DNA of 64,000 bases, from contig OZ024762.1 in the NCBI GenBank assembly GCA_964016885.1, forward strand, positions 21,266,001 to 21,330,000, in the 5' to 3' direction. Below the pieces are notes generated by a model, which ran no database searches, was not told the origin of the DNA, and worked only from the letters and a program-made list of their open reading frames with translations. The position numbers and the translations under genes are program-made. How positions within the stretch are numbered: position 1 is the first letter of the stretch; every line of letters begins with the position of its first letter. The stretch comes from Eledone cirrhosa. Its lineage: Eukaryota. Shown here in pieces: positions 1-13,989 of the stretch.

Positions 1-261
1 TCCACCCCTTCTCTCTCTCTCTATATATGTATATACATATATATATATATATATATATACATACATACGTATATAGTAGTGAAAGAGTGAAGAATAACAT
101 GGTCGGCTGTACAAAAACGGTTTTATTTACAAAAATTAACAATTATGTTATTGATCATGTGAGTCTAAAGGCCGCTAATCACTCGAAATTGCGTCATTCG
201 ACCTTAAATACAGTGTGTCTGATCAAATCATCGGAAAACGATAACTTTGTATCCAATATGC

Positions 262-295
<34 letters not shown>

Positions 296-321
296 TTTTT
301 TCGCTCTACATGGCTGAATAC

Positions 322-716
322 AATAAATGTAATCTGAGTTTTTCGTATATTAATATTTGTTTCTACTTTTGGCACCAAGCCAGCAATTACCCAGTGTATT
401 ACTGGTAGTTTATTTTATCGACCCCGTAAGGATGAAAGGCAAAGTTAACTTCGGCGGGATTAATAACATTCGATTCGTTTGCAATTATGTAAACAAGCCT
501 CATTTTTAAAGCCGCTAGCTCTGACAGTTGGCAGGTGAACAGTGATGAAGGGTGATGCCCAGAAAGATTAGTGCCTGCAGTTATGTTTACATGCCAACAC
601 ACGAACAAGAATGAAGTTGTTCATTCTACAGACATGGCTTTAAAAATGAGGCTTGTTTGCATAATTGCAAACGAATCGAATGTTATTATTAATATTCGAA
701 AAACTCAGATTACATT

Positions 717-720
<4 letters not shown>
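322..720. mobile_element. Fold-back (inverted-repeat) element between (TA)n tracts, left arm interrupted by a SINE; probable PLE terminus
   Basis: 322-355 plus 461-512 is the near-perfect reverse complement of 636-720 (aataaatgtaatctgagtttttcg... / ...cgaaaaactcagattacatttatt); ~120 bp spacer. Confidence 0.6.
356..460 (-). mobile_element. Nin-domain SINE, 3' half
   Basis: Reverse complement reads atcccgccgaagttaactttgcctttcatccttacggggtcgataaaataaa...aaagtagaaacaa, matching the other copies in the window. Confidence 0.85.
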
Positions 721-796
<76 letters not shown>

Positions 797-800
<4 letters not shown>

Positions 801-917
801 ATAATAATAATTTGAAGACTAAAATCCGAAGAGTTCTCGATAAGGATAAATATCAGAAGATCCCGTTAAGGGTGAAAGCAGCGATTCTTTGCTTAAACTT
901 TAATCTGTTATTTTAAT
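797..917 (+). mobile_element. PLE-like terminus family D (inverted tail + HHR lacking 5' stem I strand)
   Basis: CAGAAGA 854-860, stem II, GAAA 874-877, gca..tgc, TT, aaact; homologous to 12051-12248, 13663-13895, 55925-56235. Confidence 0.65.
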
Positions 918-925
918 ATATATAT

Positions 926-1135
926 GTGAGAAAAACCACAGACCCTCCATCTCAACTCACCTTTTGAAAAGCAGAAGAACTGCGAAACCGGTAAAGGAAC
1001 CAAATAAATATATATATTTAAAAAAAAAATAAGACTCCAGTTGCATTTTCGATTTCATCTCTTTTTCTTTATACTTTCACTCGTGTAGGACACCTCGGTT
1101 ATTTTTCATTTTGTAAAAAAAACCTCACTTTCTAA
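926..1135 (+). mobile_element. PLE-like pseudo-LTR fragment, family A
   Basis: Bounded by TA repeats; homologous to 41440-41773; contains an HHR followed by AATAAA. Confidence 0.7.
960..997 (+). ncRNA. Minimal type-I hammerhead ribozyme, U3-A8 core variant
   Basis: cctt-TTGAAAA-gcag(aagaa)ctgc-GAAA-ccgg-TA-aagg: stems I and II pair perfectly; palindromic CCGG stem III loop. Confidence 0.7.
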
Positions 1136-1154
1136 TATATATATATATATATAT

Positions 1155-1341
1155 ATTGTTTCTACTTTAGGCACAAGGCCAGCAAATACCCAGTGCATTA
1201 CTGGTACTTTATTTTATCGACCCCGTAAGGATGAAAGGCAAAGTCAACCTCGGCGGGATTTGAACTCAGACTGTAAAGGGACGTAACTATGCTAGAAAGC
1301 TTGGCGTCCGACCCTCTACCGATACTGCCAATCCACCGCCC
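1155..1341 (-). mobile_element. Full-length tRNA-derived Nin-domain SINE
   Basis: 5' gggcggtggattggcagtatcggtagag (A-box-like), B-box-like gagttcaaatcc, gcctttcatccttacggggtcgataaa core, 3' gtagaaacaat. Confidence 0.85.
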
Positions 1342-1939
1342 TACATACATAATGTAGTATATATAGACTTTAGAATCTAACTGCATTTCTACTTAGTTAT
1401 TTCCGAAGCCTCTGTTTTATTTGTGTAGCTTCCTCTGCTGTAGATATATTAATCTATTTATCTATTTATCTCCTCCTCCTGTCGGTTTTTACCTTGTTGT
1501 GAGTCGATATTTTATTTGTTTCTATTACAAAAGAGTGTGTATAGCTTTCTGGAATCTTAATTTCTATTTCCTTCGGTTAAACCTCGTCCATCTTGCTTTG
1601 CCTTCACTCAAATACCTCGTATATCTTACATTTTGGACATTTTAATTTTAAATGGAGGTCAACTGAATACCGATCTATTTTTTTTATTATTTGTTCATTT
1701 ATTTCTACCCCCAATTACCGCTGTTCTACAATGTCTACAATGTCTCTCTATCTGTCTCTCTATCTGTCTGTCTTTCTCTACCTCTCTATCTGTCTGTCTT
1801 TCTCTACCTCTCTATCGTTCTATCTCTCTATCATTCTATCTCTCCGTATCTCATTCATTTGGTTTTATTCATATTCAACAAGCAATATTTCACTGATAAA
1901 ATAGATGGAAATCGTGGTGGTGGTAGTGGAGGGGGGGGT

Positions 1940-3346
<1,407 letters not shown>

Positions 3347-3585
3347 GTGCACTACACATCATATATATAATGTATGTCACCATTTGATCTACATATCGCC
3401 ATGATTAACGTAATAGTAATTGTTGACCAAAATAATTTAATAGTCATTACAACGTTTGTATTATCTTTCCGTATGTTAGTTGATGTGTTTTCTATCTCAA
3501 ATATGTATGTCTACAAAATCTTTACTTATATATATATACATATATACATACATTCATACATTATATATATATATATATATATATA

Positions 3586-3986
3586 CGAGGGTAATCCCAA
3601 AAGTAAGGTCTCCAAAGCGATGGGGACGCAGAGAAACTGTTCGTACGGCTGTTGGCAACACTGTTGTGATTGGTGCTTCCTTCACTCCCAAACAAGCATG
3701 CACGCGCTTCGCTGGGATGCTCAATCTTGGCTTGGCAGCCGTTGAGAGGGGAGCTCCTGTTGAACGCTACCGCCAAGTGCGAAGTTCGCGCAGTTATTAT
3801 ATAGAGGGCAATCCCAAAAGTCAAAAGTAAGGTCTTCCTTCCGAGGAAAACATGCGTAAAGATCGGCGGATCACTCTGGATGCTCTCTGCATTTTGGTTC
3901 CTGAGGTTTTCTGAAGCACCATCCATAGGATTTTAACGGAAAAGTTGCAAAATCGGAAGGAGACCTTACTTTTAGGATTGCCCTCG
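3586..3986 (+). mobile_element. Internally deleted mariner (Tc1/mariner) transposon
   Basis: TIRs cgagggtaatcccaaaagtaaggtctcc / ggagaccttacttttaggattgccctcg flanked by TA; transposase remnants ATAKCEVRAVI (~3765-3798) and MRKDRRITLDAL...STIHRILTEKLQ (~3852-3950); extra internal TIR at ~3803. Confidence 0.85.
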
Positions 3987-3996
3987 TATATATATA

Positions 3997-4400
3997 GACT
4001 TGGACACTGACCAAGAAACTCACTCAGATGGTGGATGGGTGCTACACGAGAATGTTGAGGATGGCTCTGAACATTAATCAGTATACACTGAGGATGAAAA
4101 ACTCAGAGCTGTATGGGAGCCTCCCAAACGTCAGCTCAAAAGTGACACAGAGGAGACTGAGGTTAGCTGGACATGCTCACCGACATCCAGAGTTGACATT
4201 GCACTCAGTGCTCCTTTGGGAGCCCCTACATGGACACACTAGAAGAGGAAGACCAAGGTTAACGTATGTTGATGCCCCAAGGACAGACACTGGTCTGTTG
4301 GAGACGCAGGACATGGCAGCGATAATGAGGGACAGAGACCGCTGGAGAGAACTCGTCCATGGATCTCGGGAATTTTACCCGCCCTAGATAGATAGATATA
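3997..4400 (+). mobile_element. 5'-truncated RTE/RTE-X clade LINE 3' end
   Basis: ETWTLTKK..DGCYTRMLRMAL..RRLRLAGHAHRH..LLWEP..GRPRLTYVD..DRDRWRELV; (TAGA)n tail. Confidence 0.85.
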
Positions 4401-4574
4401 TATAGACAGTTCAAGAGTAAACCAATCTTAAATAGAGAGATATAGACATATAGATAGGATGGATTGATGAAGGTATTAGAAGCCAAAAGCTCACTCTTTG
4501 ACTAATGTCTTCTATGTGAGTTTGTGGTCTTGATTTGCTTAACTACTGAATATAAATATATATATATATGTATG

Positions 4575-4619
<45 letters not shown>

Positions 4620-4651
4620 AGATCAAAAGATGGTTAAAGGAGTTCCATGTA

Positions 4652-4718
4652 TTTTATTATGCGCATTTCAAAAACAAACATCATCATGCAATAATATTTG
4701 TGTTTTCATCAGATAAAA
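4652..4718 (-). ncRNA. Type-I hammerhead ribozyme (family B, inverted copy)
   Basis: Reverse complement of 4806-4872. Confidence 0.8.
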
Positions 4719-4805
4719 CAGGAGAACATGATATGAAGGCTAAAAAACACTTGTGGATAGTGCAGTTTTAAATCAACATTTTAGCCTTCATATCATGTTC
4801 TCCTG

Positions 4806-4872
4806 TTTTATCTGATGAAAACACAAATATTATTGCATGATGATGTTTGTTTTTGAAATGCGCATAATAAAA
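4806..4872 (+). ncRNA. Type-I hammerhead ribozyme (family B)
   Basis: ttttat-CTGATGA-long stem II-GAAA-tgcgca-TA-ataaaa; canonical core, palindromic stem III. Confidence 0.85.
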
Positions 4873-4995
4873 TACATGGAACTCCTTTAACCATCTTTTG
4901 ATCTTATATTATGTATACTCCAGTCCTACAAACTGTAGAGTGCTTCTTATCCGATATCTGCATTGCTTTATTGTACTACAATAAAACTCACCTCC

Positions 4996-5064
<69 letters not shown>

Positions 5065-5145
5065 GTTATTCCGGGTTGAATCGGAGGTAACCACAGTAAG
5101 TAAGGTACTCAATACATAGCAGAGTATAACAGTTTTAATATAGAA

Positions 5146-5198
5146 GAGATTCTACAGGACTAGAACTGTTTCATTCATTAGAAATCATCAGGAATCTC
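5146..5198 (-). ncRNA. Type-I hammerhead ribozyme (family C, inverted copy)
   Basis: Reverse complement of 5200-5252. Confidence 0.8.
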
Positions 5199-5199
5199 T

Positions 5200-5252
5200 G
5201 AGATTCCTGATGATTTCTAATGAATGAAACAGTTCTAGTCCTGTAGAATCTC
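5200..5252 (+). ncRNA. Type-I hammerhead ribozyme (family C)
   Basis: gagattc-CTGATGA-tttc(taat)gaat-GAAA-cag(ttctagtc)ctg-TA-gaatctc; 7-bp stem I, GUA cleavage triplet. Confidence 0.85.
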
Positions 5253-5263
5253 TTCTATATTAA

Positions 5264-5296
<33 letters not shown>

Positions 5297-5298
<2 letters not shown>

Positions 5299-5485
5299 TA
5301 AGATGTATGGTAGGTCGTATGTGAATCGCGATGATCACGTCTGACCTACCAAATATGTGACGGTAGCTAGTTAAGCTCTATGCGTATAAGCAGAGCAGAA
5401 ATATTAGTGAAAAAGAACAAAGGAACTATTATGACATTATAACAAGTTTTTAATAATGTCATAATAGATCCTTTGTTCTTTTTCA

Positions 5486-5491
<6 letters not shown>
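5297..5491. mobile_element. Fold-back insert in (TA)n (40-bp inverted repeat + tail)
   Basis: atattagtgaaaaagaacaaagga.ctattatgacattat / ataatgtcataatag.tcctttgttctttttcactaatat at 5401-5491. Confidence 0.55.
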
Positions 5492-5544
<53 letters not shown>

Positions 5545-5737
5545 TGTTTTAATATAGATGAGATTCTACAGGACTAGAACTGTCTCATTCTTTAGAAATC
5601 ATCAGGAATCTGGGTATCAAAAAAATAAGTATGGTATTTATAGGTCTCTACAAGTGGTAGGAGAGGGTTGGGAGTGGGATGGGTGTAGGTCATTGGTTGA
5701 TAGAAAAGGGAATTCATTAAAAGCTAATTCTACAACG

Positions 5738-5738
<1 letters not shown>
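5545..5738 (-). mobile_element. Family C pseudo-LTR with CCAAT and TATA boxes upstream of a mutated HHR
   Basis: Minus strand: ccaat (5694-5698) ... tataaata (~5635-5642) ... gattcCTGATGA...GAGAcag...ctgTAgaatc (GAAA changed to GAGA). Confidence 0.65.
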
Positions 5739-6143
<405 letters not shown>

Positions 6144-6837
6144 ATGTATATATGTATGTATGTAACAAAATCTTTATTTAAATGCACGTATATATATATA
6201 TACATTACACGCACACATATATCTGTAAAACAATTATATATATTTGTATATATATGTACGTGTACATCATTTTTATTTAAATGTCTCTATACATAATACA
6301 TACATAGACCAATATATATGTATATATATATATATAGGTCTATGTATGTATTATCTATAGAGACAAATAAAAATGATGCACACATCATATACAAATGATA
6401 CACACATACATATACAAATATAATTGTTTTACAGATATATATGTGTGTGTAATGTATATATATATATTTATATATATATATACACACGGAGAATAACTAT
6501 ATAATCACCTGTACAAAGGATGACTAATTCATAGATACACACACATACATACAATAATGTTTCTGTACACATACACAGCTACATTCATACCAACACGTAT
6601 ACATGCATACATACTTACATACACACATACGTACGTACGTACATACATTAATACATACATACATAAACACATACATACATACCTACATATACACATACAT
6701 CTTTGTCATGGTAACGGATTATTTTAAGGGAGCTTTTATTTTAATTCAGTTTAGACAATTTATTTCAATTTAATTTTAGACAAAATGTCATAGATTTTTT
6801 TCTACAATTTCTGCCTGACGATATACTATACTCCTGT

Positions 6838-6918
<81 letters not shown>

Positions 6919-7589
6919 CTTCTTCTTGCTGCTGCTACTACTACTGCTGCTGCTGCTGCTGCTACTACTACTACTACTACTACTATGACTACCTCATACT
7001 ACTCCTCTCTCTTTAAGTCTGTTGCTTACATTTGAGTGTGTATTTTTGTGTGTCTGTGTTGGCACATTTTTATTTATATACTCATTCATATAAATGTATG
7101 TATATGCACATACACATACGCACACATACACACACATATACACACATATACACATACACGTCAGCGCGTTTGAAAAAAATCAGATTTAATAAAATTCAGT
7201 TACTTTATTCTTTCCTTCACCTCTCCTACGTCACTTCTCCATTCGCCTCCTCCTTCTTCGCCCCTCCTACCATCAACTCATCTGTCCTCTCCACTCTTTC
7301 TTCTCCACCATTTCCTCCACTCCCCCCACTCCTCTTTCTAACATATCCATACTTCTGCTTCCCCCCATCTTACTCTCTCTTCACCACCCTCCCGTGACCA
7401 CAACCCCCTATGGTCATTATCCACGATGAGTCTCCCCCCCCCCAACAACAGTAGCAGAAGCTGCAGTGTTTGAGGGCGGCTGGAAGGGCATCTTACACGT
7501 ACACTGTGATGGAATCTGAGGAGCAGATACAACGGGAGACACTGTGACAACCTTGCAAACTTGCTCAAGCAATTCTAACTGTCTATGCA

Positions 7590-9597
7590 AACTAGATTTA
7601 CTAAGTATGCCAACGGAGACTTAAGCAATCTGTATCGGACCATCCAGGGACTAGATTTATTAAATATGCCAACAGAGACTTGAGTAATCTATATCGGACC
7701 ATCCAGGGAATAGATTTACTAAATGTGCCAACAGAGACTTGAGCAATCTGTATCGGACCATCCAGGGAATAGATTTACTAAATGTACCAACAGAGACTTG
7801 AGTAATCTATATAGGACCATCCAGGGAATAGATTTACTAAATGTACCAACAGAGACTTGAGTAATCTATATCGGACCATCCAGGGAATAGATTTACTAAA
7901 TGTACCAACAGAGACTTGAGTAATCTATATCGGACCATCCAGGGAATAGATTTACTAAATGTACCAACAGAGACTTGAGTAATCTATATCGGACCATCCA
8001 GGGAATAGATTTACTAAATGTACCAACAGAGACTTGAGTAATCTATATCGGACCATCCAGGGAATAGATTTACTAAATGTACCAACAGAGACTTGAGTAA
8101 TCTATATCGGACCATCCAGGGAATAGATTTACTAAATGTACCAACAGAGACTTGAGTAATCTATATCGGACCATCCAGGGAATAGATTTACTAAATGTAC
8201 CAACAGAGACTTGAGCAATCTATATCGGACCATCCAGGGAATAGATTTACTAAATGTACCAACAGAGACTTGAGCAATCTATATCGGACCATCCAGGGAA
8301 TAGATTTACTAAATGTACCAACAGAGACTTGAGCAATCTATATCGGACCATCCAGGGAATATATTTACTAAATGTACCAACAGAGACTTGAGCAATCTGT
8401 ATCGGACCATCCAGAGAATAGATTTACTAAATGTACCAACAGAGACTTGAGCAATCTGTATCGGACCATCCAGGGAATATATTTACTAAATGTACCAACA
8501 GAGACTTGAGCAATCTGTATCGGACCATCCAGGGAATATATTTACTAAATGTACCAACAGAGACTTGAGCAATCTGTATCGGACCATCCAGGGAATAGAT
8601 TTACTAAATGTACCAACAGAGACTTGAGCAATCTGTATCGGACCATCCAGGGAATAGATTTACTAAATGTACCAACAGAGACTTGAGCAATCTGTATCGG
8701 ACCATCCAGGGAATATATTTACTAAATGTACCAACAGAGACTTGAGCAATCTATATCGGACCATCCAGGGAATAGATTTACTAAATGTACCAACAGAGAC
8801 TTGAGCAATCTGTATCGGACCATCCAGGGAATAGATTTACTAAATGTACCAACAGAGACTTGAGCAATCTATATCGGACCATCCAGGGAATAGATTTACT
8901 AAATGTACCAACAGAGACTTGAGCAATCTGTATCGGACCATCCAGGGAATAGATTTACTAAATGTACCAACAGAGACTTGAGCAATCTGTATCGGACCAT
9001 CCAGGGAATAGATTTACTAAATGTACCAACAGAGACTTGAGCAATCTGTATCGGACCATCCAGGGAATAGATTTACTAAATGTACCAACAGAGACTTGAG
9101 CAATCTGTATCGGACCATCCAGGGAATAGATTTACTAAATGTACCAACAGAGACTTGAGCAATCTGTATCGGACCATCCAGGGAATAGATTTACTAAATG
9201 TACCAACAGAGACTTGAGCAATCTATATCGGACCATCCAGGGAATAGATTTACTAAATGTACCAACAGAGACTTGAGTAATCTGTATCGGACCATCCAGG
9301 GATTAGATTTACTAAATGTACCAACAGAGACTTGAGTAATCTTTATCGGACCATCCAGGGATTAGATTTACTAAAGGTACCAACAGAGACTTGAGTAATC
9401 TTTATCGGACCATCCAGGGATTAGATTTACTAAATGTACCAACAGAGACTTGAGTAATCTTTATCGGACCATCCAGGGATTAGATTTACTAAAGGTACCA
9501 ACAGAGACTTGAGTAATCTTTATCGGACCATCTCGAGACTAAATTTACTGAATGTGCAAATGAAGACTTGGGCAATCTCTATTAGGCCATCCAGGTC
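7590..9597. repeat. 59-bp tandem minisatellite, ~34 copies
   Basis: Unit agagacttgagcaatctgtatcggaccatccagggaatagatttactaaatgtaccaac; no spacers; degenerate edge units. Confidence 0.97.
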
Positions 9598-11127
9598 GTA
9601 TTTAGATTGAGATTTTGTTAGGTTAGTGGATAGTAATAGTAGAGAAGGATAGCATATGTTTTCCACTGTTTCGCTTGATTGTCTACACTGACTGCAAGTT
9701 TGTGATCTGCTCTGTCAACCTATATAGACATAGTCAACCTATATATGACACGGTCACTTGACACACAGAGATTGCTAGTATACTAAGCTTATTGGGAGGT
9801 GATAATGTAATATGTCTACATAAACAGTGAACGGAGTAGTGAATTATTTATGAGTTTATGAAGAATGTTTGTCGAATATCATTATCAACAACCAACGAGA
9901 TATTAGAATAAGATCTGTTTGCTTTCACTGAGAAATAGCAATACAGAAATAGTAGATTTGAGAAATCGAGAGCCAGATAGTCGATTAAAAGAGGTGTTTA
10001 GTTATAGCTGGTGCCTTCCACAACGTGGCATGTTCTCTCTTAAAACTTTTATAGTACATTGGCTGCAATGCAGCGACATAATTAGAAGAAAGGGCTGTAT
10101 GCACAGAACAACATGATGATTTGTAATAAAATCGATAAGGAAAGGTTTGTATGAAATAAATCAAGTGTGATTACGAGATGAAATATCTACCTGTAATTAT
10201 CCACTTTTAAAATTTAGGCATTGGGGAATTTGCCCTCTAATTTGCATTTGGAATAGTATCGGATGCAAGTAATGAAACTTCGGTTTATACCATATCAAAT
10301 GTTACAATGTATATCCAATGACTGTGAAGTGTCTTAAGCTCTAAATTGGATGCTGCTTATGGAAGCAAGATAATTTCTCTCGGCGTAGAAGATATATGAG
10401 CGTTACTTAATCGATATCTATAGAAATATTGAACACCCTAAATGTATATCTTTCTCTAAAACTACATTTGTATTGATTTTTGCAAAGATATCATTGATAC
10501 GAATCAGAGAACTTCCCAGTGGAAACGATGGATGTGTTAATTTCTAAGGATATTTACGTTGTAATTTTCAATGAAATCAAATAATACACGACGAAGGTTT
10601 TCACCTTTTCCTTCAGATCTGGAATATTGTAGGAAAACGTTAAGAGTACTAAGTACTACCTTGTTAATGCTCAGTCAACCATACTACCTACTAGAAAGAC
10701 TGAAAAGAATTTTGAAATAGACGCTGGGTGCAATGGTATCAGAGATTAGTGAAATGTTAACCATTTATAAGAATAAATCCAGTTCAGCTGAGATATAAAA
10801 CACGTATTACTTCCACTTAGATGAAAAACTATCGAAGTTCTGTTTTTCAAGGGATATCATGTTTCGAAGCATGAAACTTTTCTATAAGTCCACATTAAAT
10901 AAATAAACAAAGAAAGAAAAAAAGAAAGAAACAAAGAAAGAAAGAAATAAACAAACAAATAAATAAATAAATAAATACATAAATAAATATTGAATATTAT
11001 TTGCAAGAGAATGGGATTATAGATTATCATGTTATTCTAGCCATGACTATCATTTTAAAATTGTTTAGATATGATTTTGTAAAAAAGAAGTATTTGATAC
11101 AATATAATCTCTTTGGATGTACACACA

Positions 11128-11187
<60 letters not shown>

Positions 11188-11450
11188 AATATATATATAT
11201 ACTAATATGTATATATGTCTGTGTATGTATGTATATACATGCGTATATGAATATATCAACGTTTAAATGTACTTATATATATATGTATATATATGCATAT
11301 AGGAATTACATAAATGTATATATCTCCTTTACTCTTTTACTCTTTTACCTGTTCCAGCCATTCGGCTGAGGCCATGCTGGGGCAAATAATATTCAATATT
11401 TATTTATTTGTTTGTTTATTTATTTATTTGTTCGTTTGTTTGTTTATTTT

Positions 11451-11511
<61 letters not shown>

Positions 11512-11514
<3 letters not shown>

Positions 11515-11698
11515 AAAATGTCATAACCCCGACGGCAGAGCTCAAGCCGTTTCGACCGGTATTTCTGGACTAAATTAGAATTTTTAGCGTGGTAAAAAAT
11601 TCTAATTTAGTCCAGAACTAGCCGTCAAAACGGCTGTCAACCATTTTCCTATTACCCACTCTACTACCCTAAGTATTGAGTACTCTGGTGCGTTATAG
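11512..11698. mobile_element. Family E fold-back copy (diverged)
   Basis: ccccgacggcagagctcaagccgtttcgac ... cctattacccactctactaccctaagtattgagtac; internal hairpin 11562-11616. Confidence 0.7.
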
Positions 11699-11811
11699 TG
11701 TGTGTGTGTATATGTGTGTGTATTCAGTCAGCCATATGGACAGTATGGTAGCTCGTAAATTGATATTACAGTTGTGTAAAAGTTACAAAGAAAAAGATAC
11801 CGTCATACGTA

Positions 11812-11900
11812 TTATCGATCTCGGAAGAGTGAAAGGAAAAATTGACCTCGGCTAGATTTGAACCCAGAATGCTGAGAAACGGAACAAATACCACCAGATC
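11812..11900 (-). mobile_element. Diverged Nin-SINE fragment
   Basis: ttatcgatctcggaagagtgaaaggaaaaattgacctcggctagatttgaaccca. Confidence 0.6.
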
Positions 11901-11972
11901 GTCGCCCATTAAGGAGTTACATCTATGTTTACATCTATGAATTCCTGTTAATGTAGAAATTAGTCAAACTCT

Positions 11973-12039
<67 letters not shown>

Positions 12040-12050
12040 GATATATATAT

Positions 12051-12248
12051 CAAAATAACAGATAAAAGTTTAAGCAAAGAATCGCTGCTTTCACCCTTAA
12101 AGGGATCTTCAGAAGATCCCGTTAAGGGTGAAAGCAGCGATTCTTTGCTTAAACTTTAATCTGTTATTTTAATAAATATTTGGTCTACGGTTTTATATAT
12201 TTTATATATATATTATCCTTATCGAGTCCTCTTCGGATTTTAGTCTTC
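12051..12248. mobile_element. Family D fold-back terminus
   Basis: ~58-bp inverted repeat centred at ~12110, which is the C of CAGAAGA, plus tail. Confidence 0.75.
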
Positions 12249-12277
12249 ACACACACACACGCACACACACACACACG

Positions 12278-12364
<87 letters not shown>

Positions 12365-12380
12365 TGTAAGAACAGATTAA

Positions 12381-12431
12381 AGTTTAAGCAAATAATCGCT
12401 GCTTTCACCCATAACGGGATCGTCTGAAACT
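12381..12431 (-). ncRNA. Hammerhead-like ribozyme, U4A core (family D)
   Basis: agttt-CAGACGA-tccc(gttat)gggt-GAAA-gca(gcgattatt)tgc-TT-aaact. Confidence 0.6.
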
Positions 12432-12469
12432 GAAAAAAATCAACCTGTGGACGCATATCTCGAATATGG

Positions 12470-12962
12470 CTTTTCAAACCTGCTAGAGACTTGCACTCCT
12501 TCGCACATTGACGACAACTATGGATCTCCATGGCCTCAGGCCTTGCATAAGGTTGCCTGTGAACCTTCACAATACCGTGGAGATCATAGTTCACTGGTTC
12601 TCTTTGAATATGGCTGCAATGGTGGCTCCTGAGACAAGATTTGATCAAGCAAATGTGTCCACTCAGGGCACTTCAATTCAATGGAGACACCGATTGTTTC
12701 GAAAGATACACCAGGGCATTGCTTACGCACATCCCGTTTGATCTTCTCGTGCTCTATGCGTTTGACCTCAAAATTATGGACCCTATCATTTGCCATTCCA
12801 CGCCATGTTTCTCTTTCAAGAGCTTCTATCTCCCAGTCAGCCATCATCAAACCAGTTTGTTTCAATGAGTCCTTTACACAATCCTTGAATCAGAGTCTTG
12901 GCTTGTGCGGTGGTCTCTTACCCTTACAAAGCTCGCCATACAAAAGTTGTTTTGGGATTCGA
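12470..12962 (-). mobile_element. RTE (BovB-like) LINE 3' coding remnant with C2H2 zinc finger
   Basis: [61 protein letters not shown] (frameshifted). Confidence 0.85.
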
Positions 12963-13004
12963 TCTTATATACATACATACATACATACATAAATTTCTCT
13001 CTCT

Positions 13005-13058
<54 letters not shown>

Positions 13059-13142
13059 TTTTCCGTAGTGTTGTAATATGAATATTACACACAGTAGATG
13101 GACAGCTCATATATATATATATATATATATGTATGTACATAC

Positions 13143-13194
<52 letters not shown>

Positions 13195-13307
13195 ATACAT
13201 ATATATAATATATATATAATATATATATATATGTGTGTGTGTGTATGTAAAAGGTAAACAGAAATAACACAATCGGTACAGTATATGGAGGGAATATATT
13301 AGGTTAA

Positions 13308-13342
<35 letters not shown>

Positions 13343-13572
13343 CACAGATAGAAGTATACATGTGTTCGAATTGTAAATGACTAAGTTGTAAATCACCAAT
13401 ACTAATTTAAAACAATATGGTTTGCCTGTCTCGATCTAAAGTAATAAATAAATAAAAATAACAAACCTATATTGGGCAACTGCCTTCGATACCCGGACAA
13501 ATCTAAAATCTGTTTCTCAAGAATTATTAAGTGAAAGCCATTTTGAGACTATTTTGAGATTCTAACTCAATC

Positions 13573-13662
<90 letters not shown>

Positions 13663-13666
<4 letters not shown>

Positions 13667-13895
13667 ATAATAATAAATTTGTAGACTAAAATCCAAAGAG
13701 GGCTCGATGAGGATAAATATATATCAAATATATAAGAACCGTAGAGCAAATATTTATTAAAATAACAGATTAAAGTTTAAGCAAAGAATCGCTGCTATCA
13801 CCCTGAACGGGATTTAATGGAGTTTCAGAAGATCCCGTTAAGGGTGAAAGCAGCGATTCTTTGCTGAAACTTTAATCTGTTATTTTAATAAATAA
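13663..13895. mobile_element. Family D fold-back terminus; HHR at 13821-13871 (+) with H17=G
   Basis: agtttCAGAAGAtcccgttaagggtGAAAgca...tgcTGaaact; inverted arm 13750-13813. Confidence 0.75.
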
Positions 13896-13922
13896 ATATA
13901 TATATATATATATATATGTGTG

Positions 13923-13989
<67 letters not shown>

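Larger units (their letters stand above)
4612..4998. mobile_element. PLE-like fold-back terminus, family B
   Basis: ~133-bp perfect inverted repeat (4613-4745 / 4779-4912) plus ~85-nt unpaired tail, inside (TA)n; homologues at 16764 and 21729. Confidence 0.8.
5064..5268. mobile_element. PLE-like fold-back terminus, family C
   Basis: 68-bp perfect inverted repeat centred at 5199 plus tail; homologues at 5545-5738 and 28884-29055. Confidence 0.8.

Noticed and set aside
155-205. Possible hammerhead gagt-CTAAAGG...GAAA-ttgcg-TC-attc
   Set aside because: Two core mismatches, no convincing stem II and no second copy; at most a decayed remnant
7590-9597. CRISPR-like array
   Set aside because: Units are contiguous and near-identical with no unique spacers; no cas genes; eukaryotic context
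9600-10900. Host coding exon in the 1.3-kb unique AT-rich stretch (also 15300-16600, 39550-40450)
   Set aside because: Only short ORFs with no recognisable protein motif; small exons cannot be excluded without RNA-seq
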